Assembly (NCBI RefSeq): GCF_009914755.1 | Contig: NC_060940.1 | Direction: 5' to 3' (one strand) | DNA from: the human T2T-CHM13v2.0 reference genome, Homo sapiens | DNA: 64,000 nt | Shown: positions 1 to 16,269 of the stretch, piece by piece | Layout: the number at the start of each line of letters is the position of its first letter | How positions within the stretch are numbered: position 1 is the first letter of the stretch | Made by a program: the position numbers and the translations under genes | Notes under the pieces: generated by a model | The model's input: the letters and a program-made list of their open reading frames with translations, nothing else | Databases searched by the model: none | Told to the model about the DNA's origin: nothing

Positions 1-157
1 AGGAGAACTGCTTACTCTAGAGGATTTTGTCTCTTGGATAATGACATGATTCTGTCTTTCATAGGCTACTCCAAAACTTCTATAATGATGGTAGAGTTTA
101 GTGAAGTGGAGCATCGGCATGCCATCCCCATGCTCCTGACAAGCAGCAGCAGCTAAC

Positions 158-751
158 CTAAGCACAGTCACATAGGGCATGCCATTGACACCCACCTTGC
201 TGTTGTTCACCTCCACATACTAAGTTGCCATACACTTTGCAGTGGAATTTCACCTTACTGCATCTGGTTGGTCAGCAGTCCTGCAGGTAGAAAGAGTTGG
301 TCAGGAGGGCACATTGAGAGAATAGATGGGAGCTCAGAGGCTGCCTAGCTCCCTGCACCCTGCCCACAGGCCACAGTCCTCACCCAGCTGTCCAGCATGC
401 ATGACTGCTGAAGGCTGCTGCACTTGTTCTTCATCACAGAGGTGGGATGAAAGCAGTCTGAGGGCACCACACTCCATGATCAGGGTCTACTTCTGGTGCC
501 ATAGCTCCAGGTGGAAGGACAGGTAAGCAAAAGACAGGTCCCACCTTCCACATCCAGCCCACACTCCCACCAACTTCCAGGCCCACCTCAATATCCTGAT
601 GTGATGCTCTCCTTAGACCTCTTGTGGTTCTTCAGCCAGGAGATGGAGAGAGTGGGGTTGCTAGGAGCCAGGCAGTGAAAGTTGGTTGTGGTGGCCAGCA
701 TGGCTGGCAGTTTCCTGTCCATCCACTGGGGCAAAGTCCAGGAAGGGGTCT
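158..751 (-). pseudogene. FGFR3P: FGFR3-derived unprocessed pseudogene fragment (exons 5-, 6- and 7-like; Ig II-Ig III region)
   Basis: Minus-strand exons with splice signals: 751-587 (AG...GTGGGC; WTLPQWMDRKLPAMLATTTNFHCLAPSNPTLSISWLKN ~ FGFR3 [39 protein letters not shown]), 504-384 (~LRHQQWSLVMESVVPSD...ENK; TGG>TAG stop; GTGAGG donor) and ~315-158 (~ANQ...FHCKVY...VEVNNSKVGVNGMPYVTVL). Introns are short (~70-80 bp), as in FGFR3. Indels and a stop are present. Confidence 0.88.
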
Positions 752-2637
752 CTGCTGGTGGAAGCACACATGAAGGCCATAGCTGAGGCGAGGAACAGAG
801 ACCCATCTGACCAGACCCCCGATTCAAGATCACCCTGCCCACTCCGAGTCTCATGTTTTTCTCCTGTGTAGGGAGAGTGTTGACATGTCAAGGACATCTA
901 CTTGGGCTGAATGAGGCTCCCAGGAGCTTCAACACAATGTCCCCACCCAGTCATGCTCAGAGCTGGCAATGTGTGCCTTTCTATTCCCTCTGCTTCCCCC
1001 AAGTGGCTGCTCCTGCTGAGAGGCTGGGGTTCTTCATCCTGGCCTGAAAGCCTCAAAGAATAATGGAGTCTCGAGGGGATACCCCACCTGCACAGGGAGG
1101 CACATGGGGAGGGTCCACCAGGAAGGAGGCCCAGCAGGTAGCCCAGCTAAGTGAGTGAGTCAGGACAGGCATTGGGAGCAGTTTACCAGGAGAAGAAACC
1201 CAGCCCCTTGCAGAGCTGGGAGCCTCAGAAGCAGCTGAGAAGCCTTGGTCCACAAGCCTCTGAGCCCATAAGCCACCCCCTGCAGAGCTTCAGGGCCCGG
1301 TGGGCACTGGTGAGGATGGCGGCCTGGAGGCTTCGTCTCTTTTTTATCCTGACTTCCAGGGCTGTCACCATTCCCCCTCTCACACCTCAGCTAGTTTTTC
1401 TAATTTCTGGGTGCTGGGGTGGGGCTGCCTTCCTGCCTGGACTTGTGGGTAGGCTCAACTGCCTTACCCCCAGGAGAGAGGCACCAGGGGCCCAGGAAAG
1501 AGAAAGGAGGCAGCCGCTTCCCCACAGTGACCTCCTTGCCATTCACATGCAGCGACAGGCCCACCTTTCGGTGGAGGATGCTGAAGCACAGCCGGGAGCT
1601 GTGTAGAGAGACGCTGGGAAGAGGCACCAATCACAACTCTGAGCTGTCCTCTGGGATTCCAGGGGTGGGAGATGGGGACCCACTGGTGATTAAGACAGCT
1701 CAGCAAACTGTGGCACAGGATGTTCCCAGGACTGGGAGACAACAGTGACTCAATGCTGCTCACTTCTAGACTGTGCCTTCTTAAAGTGGCTCTTCAGTTA
1801 CCCCCAGAGCTTGAGCCCACACCATCCTGGGATGGCTGGGTAGGCAGAGGTGAGCAGGGGCTCAGGGGGAGTGCACAAGGGTGTGTGGGCAGGGGCAGAG
1901 GCTGCTGAGGCAGGTGAGGGGAAATTTTCATCCTTTCCTGTCTGCTCCTCCCGGGGTCTACTTTCCTCTCTTCCCTCTGCCTCTGGCTCCCTGGCTGGCT
2001 CCTCCTCACTTTCTTTCCTGCTCACTCCAGAGGTCTCAGGGGCTCAGCCCACCACCAGTGGTCCCCAAGTTGCAGCTGCCTCTCCCATGCCTATCCCATG
2101 AGGACCCTCATCTGCCTGAGCACATCTCTGGGCTCCTCTGAAACCAGAAGCCCCATCTTCCTGACAGACCCCTCCACAACTGGGCAGAGTTCACCTGCCA
2201 CTGTTCCAGGCCAGAATGACTGGGAATTGTTCCGCTGCTGCTGTTTCACACCCACAGCCAATCCCCCACAAATGCTGTTGGCATCACTTTTACAACCCTC
2301 ATGGCCACCCTGCCCTCCTGCTGGGCTGTAGCTTTTGTCCCCTCCATCCATCTGCCCCTTGGCAGCCACCTGAGCCCCCAAGCACTGCTGTGCTCACACC
2401 TACAGTAGCCACCTCACCCAGAGCCAACATCAAAGTCCCCACAGGCCAATCCTGGCCTCCTCACTGCTCCTGGAACCCCAGGACCCTGTGCCCCAGTCTC
2501 CCCATCTGCAGCATGTGTGTCTCCTCTGACCCCCAGCCTGCCCCACAGAGCCCAAGACATCCAGAGCCATCTAATAGATATGTAATACATATCAATTACA
2601 TAATAATTCATGATACATCATATTATATACAAAGTAC

Positions 2638-2945
2638 GATGTCATAATGTACTGTGATGCCATAATACATATGAAGTATAATGTCATAATATATTGTGAT
2701 GTCATAACACATACTGATGATGATGTCACAATATACTGTGACGTGATAATGCCTATGAATTTTGATGTCATAATACATGTGCATTATGATGTCATGATAT
2801 ATTGTGATGTTGTAGTATAAATTATGATGCCATAATATATTATGATGTCATGTTGTGTGTGCATTATGATGTCATAATATATTGTGATGTCATAATACAT
2901 ATGAATTATGATATCATAATATGTTGTAATGTCATAATATATTTA
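2638..2945. repeat. Minisatellite of ~15 units starting GATGTCATAAT, mostly alternating 18- and 24-bp units
   Basis: Units read directly, e.g. GATGTCATAATATATTGT (18) and GATGTCATAATACATATGAATTAT (24). Confidence 0.9.
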
Positions 2946-3074
2946 TTTATCACATTAATGGTATAATAACATAAACTTTGTCAGGTAATTTTACAAGAAA
3001 ATTCAGTGAAATTTTGTAACAATATTAACATCTAAAGTAGCTTATAATCATGATGAAAAATGAAAGAGCTGCAG

Positions 3075-3290
3075 GAATCTCACATGGTAGGAGTTGAAAC
3101 AGGAAAGATCAGGGAGGGGTATGCTTCACTTTTAAACCACCACATCTCGTGAGTACTCACTATGACAAGGACAGCACAGAGCCATGAGAAATCTATCCCC
3201 ATGATTCAACCATCTACCACCATGCCCCACCTGTAACATTAGGGATTAAAATTCAATATGAGATTTGGAGGAGACATCTAAACTATATTA
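3075..3290 (-). mobile_element. MaLR LTR fragment (MST-like)
   Basis: GTGAGTACTCACTATGACAAGGACAGCAC...CCCCATGATTCAACCATC...CAATATGAGATTTGG resembles the MST/THE1 LTR reverse strand. Confidence 0.7.
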
Positions 3291-3302
3291 TATGACCATT
3301 AG

Positions 3303-4260
3303 TGTGGGCGAAAGGTCACCAAGGTGCCAAGGCAAGAGACTGAAACAAACTGTTTCAGTATAATAAAGAAAATTGTTAGAATAGAATAGTCATAATACAA
3401 ATTAGATATAGAGATGATCATGGGCAATTATCAATCATTATTATAAACATTATTAATCATTAGCTTTTAATATTACTCTTTATTGCATTGCTAATATAAC
3501 CTAGGAATAACCGGCGGGTATAGGGTCAGGTGCTGAAGGGACATTGTGAGAAGTGACCTAGAAGGCAAGAGGTGAGCCTTCTCTCACGCCCCCATAAGGG
3601 CCGCTTGAGGGCTCCTTGGTCAAGTGGTAATGCCAGTGTCTGGGAAGACACTCATTACTTAGCAGACCATGAAAGGGAGTCTCCTTTCCTTGGAGGAGTC
3701 AGGGAACACTCTGCTCCACCAGCTTCTTGTGAGAGGTTGGATAAATTATCCAGGCCTTCCCACAGTCATCCAGAGGCCTAAACCCCTCCCTGTGGTGCTG
3801 TGCTTCAATGGTCACACTCCTTGTCCACTTTCATGTTCTTCCCATACTCCTGGTTCCTCTTTGAAGTCTATAGTAGATAATGGTAGAAGGAAGTCTTAAA
3901 GTCTTTGTTCTTTCTTATAAGTGCATAGAAGGAAACGCTGACATATGCTTCCTTCTCTCTGTCTGCTTCGGCTACCTAAGAGGGAAGGGCTCCCTGTCCT
4001 GTGATCACATGACTTGCTTCACCTTGTCAATCACTTAGAAGATTCACCCTCCTTACGCTGCCCCCTTGTCTTGTATGCAATAAATATCAGCCCGTCCAGC
4101 TGTTCGGGGTCACTAGTGGTCTCTGCGTCTTGGTGGTAGTGGTCCCCCGGGCCCAGCTGCTTTCTCTTTATGTCTTTGTCTTGTGTCTTTATTTATTATA
4201 ATCTCTCGTCTCCGCACACAGGGAGAACACCTGCTAAACCCCGTAGGGCTGGACACTACA
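3303..4260 (+). mobile_element. Solo ERVK LTR (LTR13A-like), 958 bp, 6-bp TSD CATTAG
   Basis: Begins TGTGGGCG...GGTGCCAAGGCAAGAGACTGAA, ends GGGCTGGACACTACA. AATAAA near 4079. CATTAG at 3297-3302 and 4261-4266. Confidence 0.9.
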
Positions 4261-4278
4261 CATTAGAAAAACAGATGA

Positions 4279-4610
4279 GGCTGGATACGGTGGCTCATGC
4301 CTGTAATCCTAGCACTTTGGGAGGCCGAGGCGGGTGGATCACAAGGTCAAGAGATTGAGGCCATCCCGGCTAACAGAGTGAAACATGGTCTCTACTAAAA
4401 ATACAAAAAATTAGCCAGGCATAGTGGCACACACCTGGAGTCACAGATACTCGGGAGACTGAGGCAGGAGAATCACTTAAACCCAGGAAGCAAAGATGTA
4501 AGCTGCACTCCAGCCTGGGCAACAGAGTAACAGAGCAACAGAGCAACCAGCACTCCAGCCTTGGCAACAGAGCAAGACTCCGTCTCAAAAAGAAAAGAAA
4601 AGAAAAGAAA
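4279..4610 (+). mobile_element. Alu with internally rearranged right arm; TSD AGAAAAACAGATGA
   Basis: Alu left arm, A-rich linker and (AAAAG)n tail; the TSD is present on both sides. Confidence 0.92.
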
Positions 4611-5042
4611 AACAGATGAAACATTCATGGTTTCTACAGATACTTTCATTCCAGAGTAAACGGATATACGATTGAATTCTGTGGTTAGAAGAGAAAAGGG
4701 AGGTGTACGGGGGACTTTGGCTGCATTTGTTCTACTTCCCTTATGCTGTTGTTGTGAGTTCTGATGTCACCACCTGAAGGGCTCTTCATAGACAGAAGAA
4801 TTATGGCTATTGTTGTGATTATTCCTTTTTCTTTTACCTTAGTAAAAATAAATTTTTTAGCTTCTCATATAATTTTTTAAAAAACCCTAAGAGATTTAGT
4901 CAAATTCCTTGTTATTGTATGGTATAAAAATTGACAGGGAAATGGCTAAAATATATTAAAATTACACAAACTCTAGGAGTCAAGTTTCTATTGGGCAGTA
5001 TTAGGAAAGACAGAACTGGAAACACTCCACCATAATAGACAT

Positions 5043-5777
5043 CGAAGGGGGCCAGCCCCTCCACACTTGTGGGTATTTCTCGTCAGGTGGGAGGAGAGAC
5101 TGAGAAAAGAAATAAGACACTGAAACAAAGTATAGAGAAAGAACAGTGGACCCAGGGGACCGGTGCTCAGCATACAGAGGACTCGCACCAGCGCTGGCCT
5201 CTGAGTTCCCTCAGTATTTATTGATCATTATTTTTACTATGTTAGTGATGGGAGTGTAGCAGGGCAACAGGTGGGGAAAGGTCAGCAGGGAAATATGTGA
5301 GCAAAGGAATCTGTATCATGAATAAGTTCAAGGAAAGGTACTGTGCCCAGATGTGCACATAGGCTAGATTTATGTTCCTCTTTACACAAACATCTCAGTT
5401 TAGCAAAGAGTAACAGAGCAGTATTGCTGCCAGCATATCTCACCTCTAGCCACAGGGTGGTTTTCTCCTATCTCAGAATAGAATGAGTAGGAATGGTCAG
5501 CTTTACACTGAGACATTCCATTCCCAGGGATGAGCAGGAGACCAAAGCATTCCTCTTATCTCAACCGCAAAGAGACCTCCCTTACCATTTACCATGCCAT
5601 CTCACTGCCTTGTCTGGTGATTTTGAGAACTCCTGTGTCCAGTTCAGAAGTCAGAGACTTCTATCCCATCTCAGTGGGGGCAAACCTTGGACAACACCCA
5701 GGCTTTCTTGGGCAGAGGTCCCTGAGGCTTTCTGCAGTGCATTGTGTCCCTGGTTAATTGAGAATGGAGAATGGCGG
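5043..5777 (-). mobile_element. HERV-K(HML-2) LTR5-family LTR, 5' part missing
   Basis: GAAGGGGGCCAGCCCCTCCACAC...GAGTTCCCTCAGTATTTATTGATCATT...GGCAGAGGTCCCTG...GAGAATGGCG matches the LTR5A/B reverse strand. Confidence 0.85.
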
Positions 5778-5888
5778 TTTCATTTTTCTTGTATGCAGGA
5801 TGATTTTTAGGATTTTTTTTCTGTTATATTTTTTGCATTCTGGTTACCTAGAAGGTAGTGATTATTACCCCAAACCAGGGCTTGATAT

Positions 5889-8590
<2,702 letters not shown>

Positions 8591-10069
8591 TTAATATCTA
8601 ACAGGAAATGATCATTTTTTAAATGATTCTTCTACCTTTGAGAAATTGGCTAAGGCCCTTTCTCTGATCTGCAGGGGATGCACAGCTCCTCTCAGTAGTG
8701 AGCAAGTATTTATTGGAATAGCTCAGCTAAGCTAAAGTGGAGACCTCTAGTATTTTGTTTGGCTTGTCGTACAAGACATACACAATACCTAGCATGCACG
8801 GATAATGCAGCGTGCTGGTGGTGGCAAGAATGAGTGCTACTTTATAGATTATTGATGTTACTGCTTTCTGGGTAGAGGTTCTAAAGGAAGGCTGTATTTT
8901 ACTTGAAAAATAATCTTCAACGGCCAGTTGGTATGATGCAAGTTGCTTATCAGTAGTTTCCTGTTTTGCTTTATAATCCCTCTCTACTGGCTCCCCAAAC
9001 TTATTAAAATCCCATTGTATGAAATAACAATGTAACATAGGGAGGGAAGGAAAGAAAAGAGGCTGAGTTCATGCTTGGAGGGAAGCAAGAAGGGAGAGAA
9101 CAATGCCAGCCAGGTCATGTGGCTAAGACCTGGGCCACTGGAGTTACAAATTGCTAGACTGGCAATTCTGCTGCCTCCCCTCCCAGGGCTTTTCTTGAGT
9201 GAACTGTGTGCCCAGGCCTGACAGGCACCTGACACATGGTTGGTTGGTTGGTTGGTTTTTATTGTATCCTCTATCTTTCTAGGAGCTTAGTATGTAAGAT
9301 ATGTGAGAGTGGCTAGGACCTGTCCCCTCAAAAAGTAAGAATGGAGCCGTAAAGGAGTAAGTGTCCATTTTCTGGGACACTCCGAGAGTCTGACTCAGGG
9401 ACAGGCTGGGAAGAGGCAACTACCGTCTTACATGAGTTTTATATTGAGGAAATTCTTCCATTTCATAAAACAAAATATGGATGGGCCAGTTTAACTTAAT
9501 TGTTCTTATAGTTAGTAAAAATTCCTTCTAGATTAGTCTGCATATTGGGTGTCAGTTTTACTAATTAGTGTTGTTTTAAGTTTACATTGTTTGCTTTGTT
9601 TTACTGATTTTTTTTTCTTTCTTTTTTAATAGGAACTTAGATGGGACTCCATTACAAAGGATCATCCAGATGCTGTTTAAAATTGGGCCAATTCAGCATT
9701 AAAATGAAATTACACATTCATGGGATTTGTTACGAGAGTCGGTACTGTTTTGGAGTGATTCATATAGCATTTATAAGGACCAACTCTGAGAGAGATAAAT
9801 CATTGGTATAAATTATTTTTTAAGTTACTTTAGTATCAGTCATATATTCACTCACATAACAAATATGCATTGAGCTCATCTGGTCCAAGGAATTTGCCAA
9901 GCCCTGGAACTAGGGAATGATTTAAACAGACATACTACTTGACCTCAACAAATGTACAGTCAAGAAGGAAGTTATGAGCATTAAGCAAATGATTGCACTA
10001 TTAATACTTAATTACAACAATGATAAGTGCATCCTGGAAAATAAATGTTATCAATCAATAGGTGCAAGG

Positions 10070-10460
10070 TGTCAACCTAAATAACGAACAGAGAGAGAGA
10101 CTCTGTAAAGAACACTGGGTTGGGGATAGGGTATTTCAGTAGGAATACATGTGCCATAGTCAACTATGTATGCATTCAGGGAGGTAAAGGAAGACAAAGG
10201 TATTTAAAGAAAAAATGTGGAGGATTACACAATTGTTTTGACATAGTTATCCTTGATTACAAGGATCAATAACAAGGGTGGTGCCAGTCCAAGGTTGGAC
10301 AGGCATTTGCTGGACATATGTCCTTGCAGAAGTGTTTTTTTACAAGGTTGCAATGGCAAGATTGTGGTTTTTGCAGTCTTTCGTGATAGTTCTTGTTATC
10401 AGGCATATGTGCGTGAGAATTCTCTTTTCATGGCCTTCTCCAGCTGCATTTGGCATGTTC
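10070..10460 (-). mobile_element. ERV1 LTR fragment (MER67-like)
   Basis: TGTCAACCTAAATAACGAACAGAGAGAG...ATTCAGGGAGGTAAAGGAAGACAAAGG; family name from recall. Confidence 0.6.
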
Positions 10461-10767
10461 TTCCTCCTCCTCCTCTTCTTTCTTCCCTCCTCCTCCTCCA
10501 TCAAATACTTTAAAATATACAAATTTTTATTTTGTGATTCAACAGAACATAAAATGAGATTGTTGGACAGGACTTTAAGTTGGAATAGAGACAAGATTGA
10601 AACTGTGTTATGCTCAAATTCTAATGGCTTTTTAAAACAGTAATTACTACAGAGTTATTTTCATTAAGAAAAAGTTATTTAAAAATCTTTTCAAACTTCA
10701 TATTTCTTCCACAGGCCCAGGAACACAGCTTGTTTGCTATTCAAAGTAGAAGTAAATATGGAGAGTG

Positions 10768-10768
<1 letters not shown>

Positions 10769-10800
<32 letters not shown>

Positions 10801-10811
10801 TGTGTGTGTGT
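10769..10811. repeat. (TG)n microsatellite
   Basis: Seen directly. Confidence 0.95.
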
Positions 10812-11245
10812 TTATTTTAAAAATTTATTTAGTTCTTATGTTAATATACCTTGCATTTAGGAATACTAACTAATTTGTTTGGTAAAGTCAAAAAGAAGAG
10901 CAGCCAGAGAGGTGTTCATAATGAAAGCTAGGAAAATCAGCTTTTGACTCATTTGATAGCCTCCCACCCCTGATTCAAAAATACATGGACCACATATCAA
11001 GGCCACTCAACTCATAGAGCGTTGGTGATGGGCCTGACTTAAAGTCTGAAAATTGCATATGTAAAACCATGTTCTCTATAAAAATACACACATTTGCCAA
11101 AGTCAGGAAAGGAAAAAAATTCCATTAAATCTAGGTTCAATAAGTGTATTAGAAAATATTTAATTAACTATCTCTGTTAAAACACATCTTGTGACTGCTG
11201 TTCCCTCTCTCATTGGTGTTTATTTGCTGGTAAAGTGCTCACTCA

Positions 11246-11553
<308 letters not shown>

Positions 11554-12293
11554 TGTGCTCACGCATATTTGTTTGCTGTGTGGTGCAGTGCGACCGACCA
11601 CACGGTTCTTCAGACACAACCTCTGCTTTCTCATTTACCTCAACACTTTAACCCTGAGATTCTTTTTTACTATACTTCAGTATATTTCCCAGAACATATA
11701 TTGTCTATGAGGGATAAAATAAAATGTCAATTAAAAACAAAAAAATTCAGAGAAATATTAACCATTCACTCTTCTAAGTTCTCAAAGGTTACATTCTTCA
11801 CCAAGTCATATAACCAGGTCCCAATAAAATACCATCATGGAGGCAATGTAACATCATGTAATTTAAAATACCATCATGCGGGCAGCTTTCAAAAGCATCC
11901 TGTAAGAAAAGGTCATTTGTACTTACATCTTTAAAAGTTTTGAAATTACTATTGAAGATTATTTTTATTGTATTGTCCATTGTCTGTTGCTTAAAGACTT
12001 ATATATTTTGCTTAAGAGTTTAGAGTTACCAAAAAATAGCTGCTGACATATGCAGATACTATTTTATTAACTAACGACACCTATTTGAATTCTGGTTTTC
12101 CTTTTGGCCCTAAAGAACAAGAGGCTTAGGACTAAATTTTAGGCTGAAGGGTAGTGTTTCCTTCCCTAGGTTGTCCCATGTAATTGTCACCTCCTTCTCT
12201 TCATTATTCTGTCATTTTGCCCTTGTTTTATAGCGTCTGTGCCTTTCATTCTAAGCTGTCTCAGAGGCTTTTCTGGAAACACACAGTGTATAA

Positions 12294-12624
<331 letters not shown>

Positions 12625-13534
12625 AACATACTTCTTTATTTTGTTTTAAAAGATACTTGAGTGGGACTAGATGACCTCTAAGGTCCTTTCCAGCTCTAAA
12701 TTTACGTTACTGTCACCAAAGACAAAAAAAAAAAAATCTATTAGGTTATAGGTCTAGAGATGAGTGCCAAGTACTATATTCCTGCTCTAGGTGCATTTCT
12801 TGTTGAAGGCAGTGACCTGTTCGGCCGTTTACAGTCTTATGGTGATAAAACAAGAGAACTGATTGCTAAAAAAAAAAAAAATTCAGTTGAAATACCTTTT
12901 TACTCTTAAGCATCAACAAAAATAAATAGAAAACAGAAGAGTTGAATTATTTATTTTGAGCTATTTGTAATAAATTTGGACAACAAAGCTAAGCCTGAGT
13001 GTAGTTAATTTAATGAAATTAGTCATATTTGAATATCATCACAACCTTACTATCACATTAGCATTCAGTGTGATTAAAATTTATTCTTTGTTTCTTTGTG
13101 AGTCTCCACAGAATCAGCTATCAACAACTTCATAATAAACTAGCCCTTCATTGCTTTCAGGAAACTTTTAGATTCAGAGCAGGTGGTTGGACTTCTGCTT
13201 TCAAAGAGAACAAATCATTTTTTAAAGTGCCTTTCCTGTTTGTGTGTGTGAATTTAGAACACAGAAATTGTCCATTGCATTGTTTATTTTTGCTAGGAGG
13301 TAGAAGTTATCAAAAATACAGGAAATATTAGATATCACGTACTGATAATTTTCAAAGCTAATTATTTCTCTTAAGGCCAAGCTATAATTTAAGAGGTGTA
13401 CTTGTGAAATATGAATATTGTTTTATAGTAATAGAATGTTTCTCACGGAAAAATAGAGTATGATTTTGTCGAAGTTCAAGGGAATATCCATTTTCATTTA
13501 GGTAGCTTCCAGATTTTTGTCTTTACATGTTCTG

Positions 13535-13981
13535 TGTAGTGATTTAAATACCGTACCTCCAAAATTTATGTCCACTAGTAACTTTAGAATGCGACTTTAT
13601 TTGGAAGTAGGGTCTTTGCAGATATAATTAACCCAATGATTGAGATGAGGTCATCCTGGATGAAGGTGGGCCCTAAATCCAATGTAAATGTCCTTATAAG
13701 ATACAAGAAAAGACACACGCAGAGAAGGTCATGTGAAGATGGAGACAGAAATTGGAGTTATGCAGTCATAAATCAAAGAAGGCCAAGGATTGCCAGGAGC
13801 CACTGGAAGCCAGGAAGAAGCGAGGGAGAATTCCTCCCTAGGGTCTTCAGAGGGAGTATGGCCCCACCAACATCTTAGTTTCAGAGGTCCAGGCTTCAGA
13901 ACTATGAGAGAATATATTTCTGTCCTCTTAACCCACCAAGTGTGTGATAATTAGGTATGATGGTCCTAGGCAACTACTACA
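13535..13981 (+). mobile_element. MLT1C-like MaLR solo LTR
   Basis: TATTTGGAAGTAGGGTCTTTGCAGAT...GGGCCCTAAATCCAATG...CAGAACTATGAGAGAATA. Confidence 0.8.
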
Positions 13982-15548
13982 CTCTAATTCAGAAGTTCTT
14001 CTGGATTTTATTATATCATGTGTTGGTAGGAAGTACCTGGGTGTTTCATTTGCATGATATGTTGGTAATCTTAGAATTATCATATCTTGCAAGTCATTTT
14101 TAAGTATGTTGTAATGTAGTCAGAAGCTTTTTAAATATGAAATTTAATTCTTGCTGGTGTCAATTACATTTGAAAAAAATACAAAATAGCTATATAAGAT
14201 TCTAGGATCTTTCAGAATTTTATAATGTTTATAATGGAAAGTTGGTTAAATAAAAATTGTACCCTACACAATTTTGTTGTTGGCTTAAAATAGCATTTAA
14301 TTTATTAGTGCTCAGATAATAGTTATCCCCTCAATAGCATTTTTACTTTCATATGTTGATATCAAACAGTGAAGTGAGACAGCAAATCAGTACAACGTGG
14401 TGATTATCAAACATCATAAATCCATGAAGGATAGCGTTGATCTTACTGAGAAGAGTTTAATCTTAAAATGCATACCTGGAAAAGGCAAGTTAGATTAACA
14501 TTTCAAACTCATATAGCATTATCTGATTGATTATAGTTATGACTGATCATTTTATGTTTGGACCATCACTTTGAATCCAATTGGGATAATTATAAATTAA
14601 GGATTTATTATTTGCTTTGAATTTTAGATTAAAAAATTTAAAACCATAAAAACAGAGCTTTGACTATAATAAAGGTATTTATCCTTTCTTGGTAAGAATT
14701 GGGGAGAGATTTAAGAAAAGGCTAAGCAATGTTCTATTTTTTTACATAGGCAAAAGTTTATTTGTGCTACTTTTTAATTAGGTAGTTTTTTTTTTTTTTA
14801 ATGACAGCTTCCTAAACACTACTGATTTTACATGTACAGTCATTAGTTTTTCATGTGGAAATATTATCTTTCAAATTCACACAGCAGCTTATTTTATGAA
14901 ATGCAATGGGACTACTTACTTGCCACCTGACTAAACTGGAATGCATAGATTCATACCTCGCCAAATGAGGAGTTAGGGTGAAAAGTGATTAATATCCATT
15001 CTTTAATGAGTTTCTAAGTCTTTCTGAACATGTTTTTATTCTATTTATTGCAGTGGTATGTTAACATTTTCGTGTTGGTTGCTGTACAAAGCATGATAAT
15101 ACCTTTATTAAAGTAATGTTAATGACATCAAAATACTATACTTTTAGTGTGAATCTGAGCCAAATTCTGTTGTATTCCAAATAAAGTGAAATTCCTGTCA
15201 GCCAATAGGGCCTGGTATCAGTTTCAAATAAGACAAGTTGGTCAGGTCAGGAGAAATGACTTCCTCCTTCCTCCTTACGTGCCGTATATAGATTTATTAG
15301 CACTGCCTTTTAATATGTTATGTGTTCAACAGAGAGGGAACTAAGATCTTGTTAATCATCATTTGAAAACAATTTTGTGAATGGAAATGTAGCAGGGCTT
15401 TTGCCTTTTTTCCTTGTTCATGAAAAACAAGTCGCGCTTGGGGAGCAAGTATTCCCGTTCAACTGCTGTCACTCATTCTTAGCTCTGTTTAGAAGAAATA
15501 AGCACAGATGGTTGGTCTACTACTTCCCCAACGAAAAATTTGCCTGTT

Positions 15549-15996
<448 letters not shown>

Positions 15997-16269
15997 TTAA
16001 TGATTTATTAAAATTTCATGAGGGGAACTCAAAAACTCTTTGTTACAAAAAAATTTAATTTAGAAACAGTGTATTTTGCATGCAAAATTAAAGTCTTCAG
16101 GGAAGTAAGTTTTTATGTCAGACTTGGATCCGAAAGTACTCATTTAATGATGACAGAACCACTTCATCCACGTCATGTTAAAAATACTGGTGTGGGTCTT
16201 TTTTATTTATACTGTGGCTTAATGAAAATTTGTCTATGGTAAATATATTAAGAAAAAGAGCATAAAGAC

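Noticed and set aside
1510-1560. HSDLLAIHMQRQ resembles the end of a KLF/SP zinc finger (RSDHLALHMKRH)
   Set aside because: No upstream Cys pair or linker, and key His residues are absent; too short to exclude chance.
2638-2945. CRISPR-like repeat-spacer array
   Set aside because: Primate DNA; the 'spacers' are 7-13 bp and mutually similar, and there are no cas genes. It is a minisatellite.
8727-9038. 103-aa minus-strand ORF in AT-rich sequence
   Set aside because: No recognisable family and no convincing splice context; may be chance or a decayed TE.
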